Below are positions 20,604 through 31,989 of a DNA stretch of 64,000 nt, in pieces (positions within the stretch are counted from its first letter, which is position 1; each line of letters starts with the position of its first letter). Both the position numbers and the translations under genes were made by a program. The stretch comes from an uncultured virus (IMG/VR IMGVR_UViG_2061766007_000271) (taxonomy: Duplodnaviria > Heunggongvirae > Uroviricota > Caudoviricetes), in IMG/VR virus record IMGVR_UViG_2061766007_000271, one strand, 5' to 3'. The notes beneath the pieces are model-generated. The model was not told the origin of the DNA, made no database searches, and saw only the letters and a list, made by a program, of their open reading frames with translations.

Positions 20604-21068
20604 TCAAAAGCCAAGCGGTGTCAGCACACCTTCAGGATGGTTTTCGGTTGACCTGACCACCAAATCCTGTTTCGTGTCGATGCCGTCCGTTTCAAATCCG
20701 ACAAAGTGATTGACTCCGTACATGTTATTAAACAATTCATCCCTCGCTTTTCCATTTTTGTAGAAGCAATGCTCCAACGAAAGTTGGTTGCCGTCTTCCG
20801 TGCAGAGGAAAACCGATTTGGCAATTGTTCCGTTCTTCGGAATCCATCGACCATTCTTATCCTGCACTTGCTCGAAAACTAAGTCGTAGTCGATTTCCTT
20901 GTCATTGGGATAGATTGTACCGAAAGCCGACCGCTGATGCTTCTCCATCTCTTCAGGAGTCCACACCTTGCGCCTAAGTTCCTTATTGAGGAAACCAATG
21001 ATTTCAGAAAATCTCTCGAAGGAAAAAACCCACCATTTGCCTTTCGCATCGTAGTAAACACGCTTCAT
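20604..21068 (-). CDS. hypothetical protein, FxxFxEMxxFL family
   Basis: FSFERFSEIIGFL...YGVNHFVGFE. Confidence 0.75.
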   Translation of the reverse strand: MKRVYYDAKGKWWVFSFERFSEIIGFLNKELRRKVWTPEEMEKHQRSAFGTIYPNDKEIDYDLVFEQVQDKNGRWIPKNGTIAKSVFLCTEDGNQLSLEHCFYKNGKARDELFNNMYGVNHFVGFETDGIDTKQDLVVRSTENHPEGVLTPLGF

Positions 21069-21080
21069 TGTGATTCTCCT

Positions 21081-21377
21081 TTACTTGTTTCTGAATTGAA
21101 GAGAGACATTATTGAGGTAGTAGGAGACTTCGTTCTCCTTGTCTTCGTAGAAACCCTTTTTGCTTTCAAGAGCTTCGCGTATCTGCTTTGTCCTGCTTTC
21201 CTTGTCAACATCGCTCAAATCACGCTGATAAGTGGTCTTGTCGTAATCGACCATGAAATCAATCGCGTCTTCCTTTGTGTCGTATGACCGTTCATCGCCA
21301 ATCATCGTGTCATTGATGCTTGCGAACCAAATCCAAAAGTAACCGTCATTGTCCAATTCGATTTCAATCTTTTTCAT
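21081..21377 (-). CDS. hypothetical protein
   Basis: MKKIEIEL start downstream of promoter and RBS. Confidence 0.65.
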   Translation of the reverse strand: MKKIEIELDNDGYFWIWFASINDTMIGDERSYDTKEDAIDFMVDYDKTTYQRDLSDVDKESRTKQIREALESKKGFYEDKENEVSYYLNNVSLQFRNK

Positions 21378-21572
21378 GTCATTCGCTCCTATGGTTGGTT
21401 GGAAAATCGTTGTACCATAAATATACATCCATTCCCCACAAATGCAAATCCATCCATCAATTATTTTCCAATCACCCCATCCGCCATGATATATTCAATA
21501 TTTATCCTCCAAGCACCAAAGTACAAAAAACCGCAGGGAAAACTCCCTGCGGTCGATGCTTTCAGTTTTCAA

Positions 21573-22160
21573 TTAAAACATGGTATCGTGCATGTCGTAT
21601 GTGATGACCAACGCATTTTCGCCGTCATCACTGACAGTCATCTGCTGAAAGCCCAACTTCTGATAAGTGCTGTTGCATTCATCGTCACCGCAAATGATTT
21701 GAGTGTCCAATCCATTCGGGAACACGTCCTTGTTCTCCTTGATGAAATCCACAAGGTCGCGGACTGAAATCGTTTTGTATTGGTACGGATTGTATTCCTG
21801 CTTCTGCTTATGGGCTTTCTTCTGAACCGTCTTGTGCAATCCATCCAACACCGCATCGACAGTATCAGCAGGAGCAACACTCACATCCGCAATCTTCGCC
21901 TCTCCGCCGACCACCTTGATTTTCGCCCTGATGCCCTTGATTGCTTCATCGTAGTCCGTGTAGTTCTCAAAGTCGAATTTCATCCCACGCCGTCTGATTT
22001 TGTATGTGATGCGGAATGCCGTGTGACCTTGTGCTTTCAGACTGTCCAATTCACCAAACGCATTGTGCATGGCGGAATTGCCCCAAAAGATGTTTTTCCT
22101 TTCACGAGACATGTCGCTGTCCATGATTTTTTTGAGTGCAGAAGAAACTTTCATTGTCAT
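21573..22160 (-). CDS. hypothetical protein, tandem paralog pair member 1
   Basis: FPNGLDTQIICGDDECN...YDMHDTMF. Confidence 0.75.
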   Translation of the reverse strand: MTMKVSSALKKIMDSDMSRERKNIFWGNSAMHNAFGELDSLKAQGHTAFRITYKIRRRGMKFDFENYTDYDEAIKGIRAKIKVVGGEAKIADVSVAPADTVDAVLDGLHKTVQKKAHKQKQEYNPYQYKTISVRDLVDFIKENKDVFPNGLDTQIICGDDECNSTYQKLGFQQMTVSDDGENALVITYDMHDTMF

Positions 22161-22380
22161 GCTCCTATTCTATTGTGATTGGTTAAAATTGCCGTCCTCA
22201 TTTTCGGGCGACAATCATAATATACATCCAAACATCGTGAATGCAAATCCATCCATCAATTATTTTTCAGCCATCCAACCATCCCACCATCCATAGGATA
22301 TTCAATCCTATCCTCCATGTCTAAATACAAAAATGCACCGCAGGAAATCCTGCGGTGCATCTGCGTGTTACTTCGATTCC

Positions 22381-22884
22381 TTACATGATGGATTCGTGCA
22401 TGTCGTAGCTGATGATAAGCGACCGCTTGCCGTCAACATCCATGTACTGCAAGCCAAGCTGACCATGCGTGTAGTTGCCCTCATCGTCACCGCAGAAGAT
22501 GGGAGTGTCCATCCCCAATGGAAATGTCTTGCCATCCGCTTTGACGGAATCAATCAGGTCTTTCAGCGTCAGACGCTTGTAGCGACTTGTCGGTTGATTC
22601 TGCAACGTGGCGATGCCTGACTGCAATTTCGCCATGTCATCCTTGCCCAAGCCAAACACTTCGATGTCTTTCAGCTTTTCAAGACCGCCAATCAATTCGA
22701 TTTCTGCTTCGATGCCATCCCAAGCCTTGACAAAGCCATTGTAGGAAACAATGTCGGTCTTCGAGCCACGCCGTCTGACCGTGTAGCGGATTTGGAATTT
22801 CGTGTAACCGTTGTCGCGGAGGTCGGAAAGTTTGGAAATCGCATTCTTAACCAGTTCGTTCTCTCTCATTTCGTTCGTCATCAT
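22381..22884 (-). CDS. hypothetical protein, tandem paralog pair member 2
   Basis: FPLGMDTPIFCGDDEGN...YDMHESIM. Confidence 0.75.
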   Translation of the reverse strand: MMTNEMRENELVKNAISKLSDLRDNGYTKFQIRYTVRRRGSKTDIVSYNGFVKAWDGIEAEIELIGGLEKLKDIEVFGLGKDDMAKLQSGIATLQNQPTSRYKRLTLKDLIDSVKADGKTFPLGMDTPIFCGDDEGNYTHGQLGLQYMDVDGKRSLIISYDMHESIM

Positions 22885-23415
22885 GTTACTCCTATGGTTG
22901 GTTTTAATTCCCCTTCTCGCTCACATTATAAATATACATCAAAATTTGATGAATGCAAATTCAGTAAAACAAACAACAAACAATAACAACAATAACAATC
23001 ATGTGCATACATACACACCATTTTATACACTATAGTTCTTTTTGAACTCAAAATCCAAAAAGTTTTGCCATTTTACCGACTGTCTCCCCTGCCAACGGAT
23101 ATTCAATATCATCCCCCTCCCACGATAATAAAAACAAAAAGAGGATGGTCGAATCTGACCATCCTCTCGATTTCACTCACTGCTTACTTTACATAGTAGG
23201 AAATGACTTCGTAGTTCGTGCTGAATTTGTAGCCGTCTTTCGTGTAACGACCCATTGGTACAATGTAGCCATTGCCAAACCTGCCTTTGTATGGGGTAGC
23301 CACCTTGCCACGCAATTCCACCGATGTGTAGCCCCTGCGTGTAGCGGAATGATGTAAATGGTATCCCTGCTCCACCAAGTCTCTTGTCGATTTGATTTTC
23401 ATTCGATTCTCCTTG

Positions 23416-24051
23416 TCAGTCAAGTATTTTTTCCGTATGAACATAGTACGTCACATTCGTCTCTTTTTCATTGCCGTATTCGTCTGTGTAAACCGTGCCG
23501 TCATCCCAAGATGTGCCATGCTCTTTCAAGCCTTTTTCAAGAGCGGTTTGCAATTCTTTCAACTTCTCTTCGGTGATGTACGGTTTTTCGGTCACGGTGT
23601 TGCCAAAGCGGTAGAACCTGCTCATGTAGTCCAACGCGCCCTTGATTGCGCCATTGCGCGTCTTGTGGCATTCACGGTAGGTATCGTGACAAGTGCCGTC
23701 AACTTCATCCACTTCCATGATGAAGATTTCATCCACAAGAGCCTTCTTGCCGATTTTTTCGTAGCCGACAAAATCAGCGATGTTGTATTCCAAGTTAAAA
23801 TCACCGTTAATTTCGAGTTCGGTCAGATTGGTAAAACAATCGTTATCAGGGTTTTCCGCGTACCACGCACCGACTTCGTTTTCAAGCCACAATTCATTTT
23901 TCGCGTAGTCGCCATTCTTCATTATTGCGATTTCACGACCATCCTTGTGCTTGATGTAGCGTTTCTTCGCATTCTTGCCTTTGGTAAGGAAATCGAGCAT
24001 TTCAGAGAAATTCTTGAAAGAGTAGGTAGCGATTGTGCCAGTGATTTTCAT
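23416..24051 (-). CDS. hypothetical protein, FxxFxEMxxFL family with C-terminal extension
   Basis: YSFKNFSEMLDFL...YNIADFVGYE. Confidence 0.75.
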   Translation of the reverse strand: MKITGTIATYSFKNFSEMLDFLTKGKNAKKRYIKHKDGREIAIMKNGDYAKNELWLENEVGAWYAENPDNDCFTNLTELEINGDFNLEYNIADFVGYEKIGKKALVDEIFIMEVDEVDGTCHDTYRECHKTRNGAIKGALDYMSRFYRFGNTVTEKPYITEEKLKELQTALEKGLKEHGTSWDDGTVYTDEYGNEKETNVTYYVHTEKILD

Positions 24052-24381
24052 GTTGGTTTTCCTTTTTGGTTTGGTTGGTTGGTTTTGTCACTCTCATCTT
24101 CGGGTGACAACAATAATATACATCCATTTTCCACGAATGCAACAAAAATTTGATGTTTTTCAAAAGCCTGAAAAATCACTCCCTCCCCCCATGTCCATAT
24201 TGAATACCGTCCCCCTCCCCTAATAAGATAAAAGGGCTGGAATGGAGCAATCCATTCCAGCCCATGCGTGTGTTTCATTCAGCTTCACTCGTCCTCATCG
24301 TCTAGGATATGTAAAACCATGCGGAAAAAGAAGAATGCGGTTATCAGCAGGTCAATCATTTCCCTCTCTCCATTTCATCCC

Positions 24382-24876
24382 TTAACGCCGTCCGTAGATG
24401 GTTCGTGCATCATTGTATTCGCCGTAGTCATCGAAACCGCCCTCTTCGTAATCATCTTCATCATCTTCGTCCGCCACGTGCCATTCACGACTGTCGAGAC
24501 TGTCCTTGCCCTTGTGATTGCACATGTACCACTGTTGAAATTCCATTCCTGCGCATTTTGCCCAAATCTCAACGCCAATGTCCAGCGACTTGCAAAGCCA
24601 CGGAAGAGACATGTAACGCGCACCATTGTCTATCTTCGTTCCGTTCAAGCTCTTGTCGAGCATGGAATCTATGTTGTGAGCGAGTAAGCCCGAAAGCTCG
24701 TAGCAGGTCAATTCGCTTCCCTTGCGCCCCTCTAACCAAGAGTTCTCCAACATGAGGTTTTCGATGTGCCCCACGTAGTAGATGGGGTCTTCTTGGTCTA
24801 GGATTTTCATGAAACGCTTCAACGTGTCTTCGGACTTTGAAACGACCGTCATTCTGAATTCGCACCATGTAGGCAT
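24382..24876 (-). CDS. hypothetical protein, possibly YubB/Api92-like (MPxWC N-terminus)
   Basis: MPTWCEFRMTV start after AAGGAG; family assignment tentative. Confidence 0.6.
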   Translation of the reverse strand: MPTWCEFRMTVVSKSEDTLKRFMKILDQEDPIYYVGHIENLMLENSWLEGRKGSELTCYELSGLLAHNIDSMLDKSLNGTKIDNGARYMSLPWLCKSLDIGVEIWAKCAGMEFQQWYMCNHKGKDSLDSREWHVADEDDEDDYEEGGFDDYGEYNDARTIYGRR

Positions 24877-25386
24877 TGTTGTGTCTCCTTTGATTCTTGT
24901 GGTTGTGGTTGTGGTTGTGGTTGGGATTAGAGCGGTAATTAGAAAGTGCAGTAGTAACCTTTGTCCGCAGCATTCTTCACGTTGCGCCAAAGCTCTCTGA
25001 TTTCGTGCGGTTTTCCGCAGGTGTAGCCGACCTTGATTCCTTTTTTCGTCCGTCTGAACGTGAGGAAATGGGTTTCAGCCATATAGCGCGTTCCGTTCGT
25101 GACCGCCTTGTTGAAATCATCTACCATCTGCTCATACGTCTTTTTCATGGGGATGCCCTCTTTTTTGAATGTTTGACTGTTTTGGATGTTTGACCGTTGT
25201 ACCTATAATATACATCCGTTTTACATGATTGCAACTGGATATGGCATGAAAATCCGCCGATTTCATGTTTTTTNNNNNNNNNNGCTAATGACAAAATCGT
25301 TTGCAAAACTCACATTGTCAACCTTGCCATTGCTNNNNNNNNNNAAAAAAGGCTGGACTTTGAAAAGTCCAGCCCTTGTGGATGAA

Positions 25387-25686
25387 TCAGATTACCTTGA
25401 ACGAATATTCGGGATTGCCAGCGCAAACCCATTCGCCGTCCAGCGTGGAGCGTTCGTCAGAGTATTGGAAACTGACCGCGCCTTTGTACCATGTGACGGA
25501 GCAGAGCAGATAGTCATCGTACAGAACAACGTCCAAGCAAGCATCGACATCATCATCGAACTTGATTCGCCAGCTTTTGACGATGCCACTTGAATTCGCC
25601 TTTATCTTGTTCATGTCGATGTTGTCTCGCCTCATCAGACCGTTGTATTTTTCCTTCGTCGGTTTTCTGATTTTGAATTCTTTCAT
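25387..25686 (-). CDS. hypothetical protein
   Basis: Own promoter module. Confidence 0.65.
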   Translation of the reverse strand: MKEFKIRKPTKEKYNGLMRRDNIDMNKIKANSSGIVKSWRIKFDDDVDACLDVVLYDDYLLCSVTWYKGAVSFQYSDERSTLDGEWVCAGNPEYSFKVI

Positions 25687-25918
25687 GATATGCCCTTTTG
25701 TGGTTGGTGGTGATTTGAGTTTCTGACCTCATTTTCGGTCATGCCTATAATATACATCCAAAAGGCATGAATGCAAGTGAGTTGGCGATATTTTTCCTGC
25801 CTGCCACGCCTGCCAGCGGTGAAAACCTGCATATTCAATATCTATCTGCCAACACAATAAAGACACAAAAAAATCCAGCAGGGACGACCCTGCTGGATTT
25901 ACTTTGCCTTGTCTTGTC

Positions 25919-26521
25919 TTACTTTTTCAGTTGAGTGCCGATGTAAGCGAGGTATTCATCGCGGAACTTTGTAAAATTTTTGTAAATCGTATTGATGCGG
26001 TCTTCAAAGTGCTTGATGATGCCGTCAAGACGATTTTCAAAGACGTTAAGCGTGTTAGCCGATGGAGCGGAAAGCATCGCAATCATGTCACCTTTTGCTT
26101 TGCCACATTCATCGCCCCACATGAGGTTGTTTCCGTTCAGAGCAAGGATTGCGGATGTGTTTTCATCCCAACCGCCACCCAAGCAACCGATGGCGATGCC
26201 ACCATCTTTGGTGATGAAACCGATTTGATGATGGATTCCATCAGCCTTGAATTCGTATTCGGGAAAGTAGTAATCGGTTTTCTTACCAAATGGTTCGAGA
26301 TTGTTGGCTTTCATTACTATGAAAAGTTCAATCAGCTTTTTCGCATCTTCAAGGAAATTCTCATTGATGTATTTGACTTTCGCAATCAAGCCATTGTAGT
26401 ATGCGTTTTTGGCATTGATTTCAGCATTCTTCTTTTCAGTGCCTTTTGCGTTGATTCTCTTGATAAGACTAGCGACATTGATTCGGACGGACTTGGTAGC
26501 GGTGGTGGTAGCGGTAGCCAT
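25919..26521 (-). CDS. hypothetical protein, paralog of 27269-27838
   Basis: Shares AIGCLGGGWxxxTSAIL and IIKHFEDRINT...RDEYLAYI. Confidence 0.8.
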   Translation of the reverse strand: MATATTTATKSVRINVASLIKRINAKGTEKKNAEINAKNAYYNGLIAKVKYINENFLEDAKKLIELFIVMKANNLEPFGKKTDYYFPEYEFKADGIHHQIGFITKDGGIAIGCLGGGWDENTSAILALNGNNLMWGDECGKAKGDMIAMLSAPSANTLNVFENRLDGIIKHFEDRINTIYKNFTKFRDEYLAYIGTQLKK

Positions 26522-26744
26522 GTGACATTCTCCTGCGATTGGTGGTTGGATTTTCATCACCGTCATTTTCGGGTGACAATGTAAATATACATCCAAAACG
26601 CACAATTGCAAATAGGCACCCAATATTTTTCTCACATTTCAACTTCCATCTAGCATATATTGAATATGCAATCCTGCTCCGCATCAAGACAACAAAAAAG
26701 GCTGGATGGGAAATCCCATCCAGCCATGTCTCAATCACGCCTTG

Positions 26745-27059
26745 TCACTTTGCTTCTGCTTCCTCGAACAATTCATCCAAGTCGCCGTCATCGTCAAGAT
26801 TTTCAATTGTTTCCGTTAGGATTTCATTGAAGTAATCATCGCCGTACTTGTTGGTAAGGGTGTCGTACATTTCATCCGCAATCAGCGAGAGGAAATGAGC
26901 CTTCTGTCTGTCGTTCATCTTCGCAAGACGTTCCCCTATTTCCTCTTTTGCGTTTTTAGCAACATCGTTCTCGGTGACGAAGAACATCTGCAATCCGACA
27001 ACACCATTGTTCGCTTCGAGTTCGCGTTCAGCTTCGAGTTCCAATTCTTTTTCGTTCAT
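26745..27059 (-). CDS. acidic hypothetical protein
   Basis: Own promoter, RBS and terminator. Confidence 0.7.
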   Translation of the reverse strand: MNEKELELEAERELEANNGVVGLQMFFVTENDVAKNAKEEIGERLAKMNDRQKAHFLSLIADEMYDTLTNKYGDDYFNEILTETIENLDDDGDLDELFEEAEAK

Positions 27060-27268
27060 GGCGATTTCCTTTGGTTGGTGATTGGTTTTATTGTCACCAT
27101 CATCTTCAGGTGACAACAATAATATACATCCATTTACGGAAAATGCAACAATTGATTGAATTTTTTATCCATCCATCTGCCAACAAGCATATATTGAATA
27201 TATGCTCTTCTCGATGTCAAAACATAAAAAATCCAGCAGGAGCAATCCTGCTGGATTTCATTTTCGGT

Positions 27269-27838
27269 TTACTTGTTCAACTGTCTTTCGATGTAGGCGA
27301 GGTATTCATCGCGGAGTTTCGTAAAGCCATTGTAAACTGTGTTGATGCGGTCTTCAAAATGCTTGATGATGCCAGCGTATTCCTCATTGAGGTACTTTGG
27401 ATTGGAGAGCATGCGAATCATGTCACCCTTTTCGTTTCCGTTTTCATCGCCCCACATCAGCTTGTTGCCGTGAAGTCCGAGAATCGCGGAGGTGTCTGCG
27501 TTCCAACCACCGCCCAAGCAACCGATGGCGATTTCGTTATTCGTGTAGAGAATGAAGCCGAGTTTGTGGTCAATTCCGTTCGCCATGAATTCCCACTTGA
27601 AGCCGTAACTGTCCATCATCTCGCCAAATGCGCCGAGATTGTTGTCTTTCATCGCCTGACAAAGCTGACTCAACTTTATGGCATCTTTCAGAAAGTGAGC
27701 GTTGATGTAGCGGACTTTTGAAATGAGGTCTTTCATGTGCATTTGTCTAGCGGACAATTCGCTTTTCTTCTTTTGAGTGCCATGAGCGTTGATTTGCTTG
27801 GTCAGACTTTCGACATTGATGGTGGAAGTGGTGGTCAT
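27269..27838 (-). CDS. hypothetical protein, paralog of 25919-26521
   Basis: High visible identity to 25919-26521. Confidence 0.8.
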   Translation of the reverse strand: MTTTSTINVESLTKQINAHGTQKKKSELSARQMHMKDLISKVRYINAHFLKDAIKLSQLCQAMKDNNLGAFGEMMDSYGFKWEFMANGIDHKLGFILYTNNEIAIGCLGGGWNADTSAILGLHGNKLMWGDENGNEKGDMIRMLSNPKYLNEEYAGIIKHFEDRINTVYNGFTKLRDEYLAYIERQLNK

Positions 27839-28073
27839 GTTGGTTCTCCATTTGGTTGGTGGTTGGTTTGTCACTTTCATCTTTCGGTGACAATGTAAAT
27901 ATACATCCATTCGGCTGAAATGCAAATTCACTTATGTGATTTTTATCATTCAAGCGGACGTTCATCTTCCGTTTGGTATATATTGAATATCATTTCCATT
28001 CTTCCAAAAGAGGCAATAAAAAATCCATGACTTGAACTATTCAAGTCATGGATGGGAGGTGGTCAGCGGTCAG

Positions 28074-28613
28074 TTACTTTTCGCATCTGTCGCCATTCTT
28101 GTAGTAGCGGAAGTGCCGTGCGTCACCGCCAGTCTCGCCAATGACATCGAAGAAATCGGGACATTCGGTGAATCGGTGAATGTCTTCCAAATCCTGCCAC
28201 GCAATGTTTTCCGCTTCGTTGCGTGTCAGCGGTTTGTCGGTGAAGTCTCTGAAAGAGCCATTGGGGTAGTAATGACGATAATGCACCTTGCCATTGATTA
28301 CGCCACGCGCTTCGTAGTGGTCTCCGAAGTTGTTAAAACTGTAAAGTTCAGTGTAGTCTTTCTTCGCTTTCTTCTGAGCCTTTTCAAAATCAATCACGTA
28401 TTGTGGCTTTTCCTTTTTCACGTCATTGATGGCATCGAGGTTGTTCTGAATCCTGCGTCTCGCGTCAGCGATGTTTTTCTGCGCTTCGCAAATGAGCCGT
28501 ATGGCATTGTCACGCACCTTGTTATTACGTGCGATTCTTTCCTGCCAAATCTTGATGCTCTTTTCCAAATTCGCGTTTGCCTGCAATTTACGTGCCTTTG
28601 TGGTTGCGTCCAT
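28074..28613 (-). CDS. hypothetical protein with N-terminal coiled coil
   Basis: Own module; heptad-like N-terminus. Confidence 0.7.
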   Translation of the reverse strand: MDATTKARKLQANANLEKSIKIWQERIARNNKVRDNAIRLICEAQKNIADARRRIQNNLDAINDVKKEKPQYVIDFEKAQKKAKKDYTELYSFNNFGDHYEARGVINGKVHYRHYYPNGSFRDFTDKPLTRNEAENIAWQDLEDIHRFTECPDFFDVIGETGGDARHFRYYKNGDRCEK

Positions 28614-28844
28614 GATTGCTCCTTGTGGTTGGTTGGTGGTTGATTTCGACCTCATCTTCGGTTAACGCTAATAATATACATCCAAAATGGATGAATGCAA
28701 AAAACACTTGAAAAGTTTTTCACCAGCCACGATTGCTCCATCCATCCGCCAGCATAGATTGAATATGCAACACATCATTTCAGCAAGACAACAAAAAAGG
28801 CATGATGGGATTTCCCATCATGCCCATGTGTCGAGAGCCGTGTA

Positions 28845-29273
28845 TCAGTCTTTGATGTAGCCTAGACTTTTGTATTCGTCAAGCCACTTGTTCGCCATTC
28901 TGATGCGTTCCTCGTTGTCGAAAATAGCCAACGTCTTACGAGCAATCGACTTGCGGTATGGTGTCTGTTGCTTTTTGAGAGCCATTGTCTTCTGTTTCGC
29001 TTCTGCGTGTTTTTCAGCCCACATTTCCTCGAATTCACGATAGGAGAGAGACGAACCGAACCGCGCAGCACGGATGCGGGAATCTTCTTCCTCTTCATGA
29101 AGGGAATCATTGATTTCCTCGATTCTATCCTGCAAGTTGGACAATTCCTTGCGGTCTTTCGCAATTCCGTCATTGTTGCGTTTGATGTTTTCCTTGCAGG
29201 TCTTGACAAGGTGGTTGAGCCACGCGATGTTTTTCTCACTGTACAAACTGAAATTACTTTCAGGCAGGTGCAT
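28845..29273 (-). CDS. coiled-coil hypothetical protein
   Basis: Own module. Confidence 0.7.
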   Translation of the reverse strand: MHLPESNFSLYSEKNIAWLNHLVKTCKENIKRNNDGIAKDRKELSNLQDRIEEINDSLHEEEEDSRIRAARFGSSLSYREFEEMWAEKHAEAKQKTMALKKQQTPYRKSIARKTLAIFDNEERIRMANKWLDEYKSLGYIKD

Positions 29274-29478
29274 TGTAGTTCTCCTTTATGGTTGGTTGGA
29301 CTGTTCAGACCTCATCTTCGGTCATATAATTAATATACATCCGCAAACCATGAATGCAAATGAAACCATGATTTTTATTTTCCATTTTCCTGCCAGCGAA
29401 ATGATATTGAATATTATTTTGTGATGTGAATACAAAAAGAGGATGGCAGGTTTTGCCATCCTCTTTCAAATGCGTTTC

Positions 29479-29931
29479 CTATTTCACACCATTCTTTGCC
29501 TTGCATTTTCTGTACCATGCAAGGCTTGTATTCTCATTGTGAGCCTTTCGGTATTCGTAGGACTGTATGAGGGAATCGCCCCTTTCATGCCTGTCTTTCA
29601 GCACTTCAAAAAGCATCGCCATTGAGTGAAAGCATTCCCTCGCACCAACTTCCTGCCCATTTTCATCAATGCGGAACAAGTCGTTAAGCACATTGCCGTA
29701 TTTCATCCTGCCATCATCGAATTGCGGTACTTTGACACGTACTTCCATGACGGAATTGTAGTCAGGGAGCAACACCTGCATGTCAAAAGTGTCCCACTTG
29801 CCGATGTATTCCCACCTGCGTGGAATCCACTTAATGCCGAGTTTGTCAAACATCTTCAACTTTTTCAGCACCAGACGGAAATGGTCTTTCCAAGAATCGA
29901 TGTTTTCAGTGATGTAGCCATTGTTGCCCAT
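29479..29931 (-). CDS. hypothetical protein
   Basis: AAGGAG RBS. Confidence 0.7.
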   Translation of the reverse strand: MGNNGYITENIDSWKDHFRLVLKKLKMFDKLGIKWIPRRWEYIGKWDTFDMQVLLPDYNSVMEVRVKVPQFDDGRMKYGNVLNDLFRIDENGQEVGARECFHSMAMLFEVLKDRHERGDSLIQSYEYRKAHNENTSLAWYRKCKAKNGVK

Positions 29932-29949
29932 GTGTTTTCTCCTTGTGGA

Positions 29950-30249
29950 TTAGCCGTTTACAATGATGCCTTGTGCTTCCAATTTGCTGAAAATCGTACC
30001 ACTGAGCGACCAACGGTAGTCTTCTCTGATTTCATCCATGTAATCATCATCTTCCCAATCTTCATCGTCAAGGTCAACGATGACGTTTTCACTGATGTGC
30101 TTGACTTCCTCCTCCTCGATTTCAGACTTGATGCCGTCAATCGCGTTTTTCACCATGCCTTGCTGTTCTTTGCCAGCCATGTCGGTGATTTCCTCTTTCG
30201 TCAAGTCGAACATGTAGTCAAAAAATTCATTCGCAGTCATCTTTTCCAT
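29950..30249 (-). CDS. acidic hypothetical protein
   Basis: AGGAG RBS; promoter at 30303. Confidence 0.7.
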   Translation of the reverse strand: MEKMTANEFFDYMFDLTKEEITDMAGKEQQGMVKNAIDGIKSEIEEEEVKHISENVIVDLDDEDWEDDDYMDEIREDYRWSLSGTIFSKLEAQGIIVNG

Positions 30250-30355
30250 GATGCTTTCTCCTGTTGGTTGGTTTTGTTTGATTTACTGTCTTGTTGTACT
30301 ATAAATATACATCCAAAATGGATGATTGCAACAAGACAGTAATGATTCTTCTGAA

Positions 30356-30796
30356 TTATTCTTCTTGCACTTTGTCGTAGTTTTCAGCAAAGCCGAAAAT
30401 GATGCAGACTACGGAATCAGCCGTATTGTCCAAGTTCTCGAAGCCGAGAGCCTTGAAGAATTCACGCATTTTGTCTGAAAGCGGGTATGGCTTTNNNNNN
30501 NNNNNNNNNNNNNNNNNNNNCGTCTGTATGCGACCGCCAATCAAGCCATTGTACGTTTCCTCAAACTCATGAGCGTCATGCAACCGCTCTTCCTTGACAA
30601 GACAGTAATCCATGTCTTTCTTGCCACGTTTCATGCTGAAATGACGTACTTTGTCATTGATAAGGGAGCAATCGTATGAGCTGAGAGACCAATTGTAGCC
30701 TTGTGCTTCATTGGAGTACGGATGGACTTGTAGCCGAGCGTATTCGCCATCGGTCAACTTCGTAATGCGGACAAGTGTGAATTTCATGGTTTGCAT
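30356..30796 (-). CDS. hypothetical protein (spans an N gap)
   Basis: RBS and promoter. Confidence 0.6.
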   Translation of the reverse strand: MQTMKFTLVRITKLTDGEYARLQVHPYSNEAQGYNWSLSSYDCSLINDKVRHFSMKRGKKDMDYCLVKEERLHDAHEFEETYNGLIGGRIQTXXXXXXXXXKPYPLSDKMREFFKALGFENLDNTADSVVCIIFGFAENYDKVQEE

Positions 30797-31005
30797 AGTT
30801 GATTCTCCTTATTATTAAAACTTATAATCTTTTGCGTTGTAATCATAATATACATCCATTCCTGCGGATTGCAAATAAACACCTGATATTTCTCCGTCCT
30901 GTTGCAAAACCTGCCAGCCCATCATATTCAATATCATTGCTTGATGTCAAAACACAAAAAGCGGTTTGGAAATGATTCCAAACCGCTATGTCAGTGATGT
31001 TTTCG

Positions 31006-31554
31006 TCAGACCTGCGTATTGACGAATGCGATGTAGGCATCGCGGAATTTCTCAAAATTCTGCATCAGCTCCACTATGAGCCGTGCAAACATTTTTACAC
31101 GCTTTTCGTCTTCCTTGTTCTTCTCAATCCAATCCAATGCGTTTCCAATAGGGCTTCCATCATGGTCGCAGAATTCAAAGTCCCTATTGCCACGACAAAA
31201 CGAAACGCCACGCATGAATTGCTTATCCCACACGTAAATGCCGTATTCGTTTCTGTAATGGTCGAAGCCGATTTTCATGTGGTCAGATGCAAAGTCAGGC
31301 TTGATTGTAATCGCTTCATGTGCGCCGTTGCAATTGAAGCCTTGTGCCTTCAACGTGTCATGGATTTCAATCAAAGCACCTGCGTCTTCTTTCATCGCCT
31401 TAATGAAATTGAGAATGAGATTTTGGATGCTATTGAGAAACGCATTGTATTTCGCTTTTTTCTCATTGTCGATTTGGGTACGCTTTTCTACAATCTTCTT
31501 GATGTATTCAGAAGCGTTGATTGTTGCAAATTCAGTCATTGTAGTATTCTCCAT
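31006..31554 (-). CDS. hypothetical protein, distant paralog of the 25919/27269 family
   Basis: TINASEYIKKI and NFEKFRDAYIAFV. Confidence 0.7.
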   Translation of the reverse strand: MENTTMTEFATINASEYIKKIVEKRTQIDNEKKAKYNAFLNSIQNLILNFIKAMKEDAGALIEIHDTLKAQGFNCNGAHEAITIKPDFASDHMKIGFDHYRNEYGIYVWDKQFMRGVSFCRGNRDFEFCDHDGSPIGNALDWIEKNKEDEKRVKMFARLIVELMQNFEKFRDAYIAFVNTQV

Positions 31555-31989
31555 TTTACGTGGTTAGTTATTACGGATGAGACCGAGCTTTTTCAGCACG
31601 GTAGCCCTGTCAAAGCCCTCGCGGACGATGAAATCCACGTATGCCTCGCCACAATCATTGCCGTCCCAGTAGGAATCGACCGTCTTGCCACCAGCCTGCC
31701 AGATTTCCTCTTCCGTTGCTTCAATGTCACCCTCGTGTTCGCAGTCGCAGACGCTCATGCGGTACGTGATTTCGCTTTCAGTTTTTTCCATAGTAGGTTT
31801 CTCCTTTGATTTTCATGGTTGGTTTCGCGACCTCATTTTCAGTCGCATTGTAAATATACATCCATCCTGTTCGAATGCAAATCGTCACGAAGCAGAAAAT
31901 ATGATATTCAATATTGTGTCCGTCCAAAAATCAGGGTACAAAAAAGCCCCCTGCCTTTCGGCTAGGGGGTGCTGGCGCGGAGGGGAGGA

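Noticed and set aside
25284..25334. About 50-nt copy of 20082-20132 between two N gaps
   Set aside because: An isolated fragment flanked by Ns is typical of scaffolding artefacts. It is not evidence of a spacer or DGR template.
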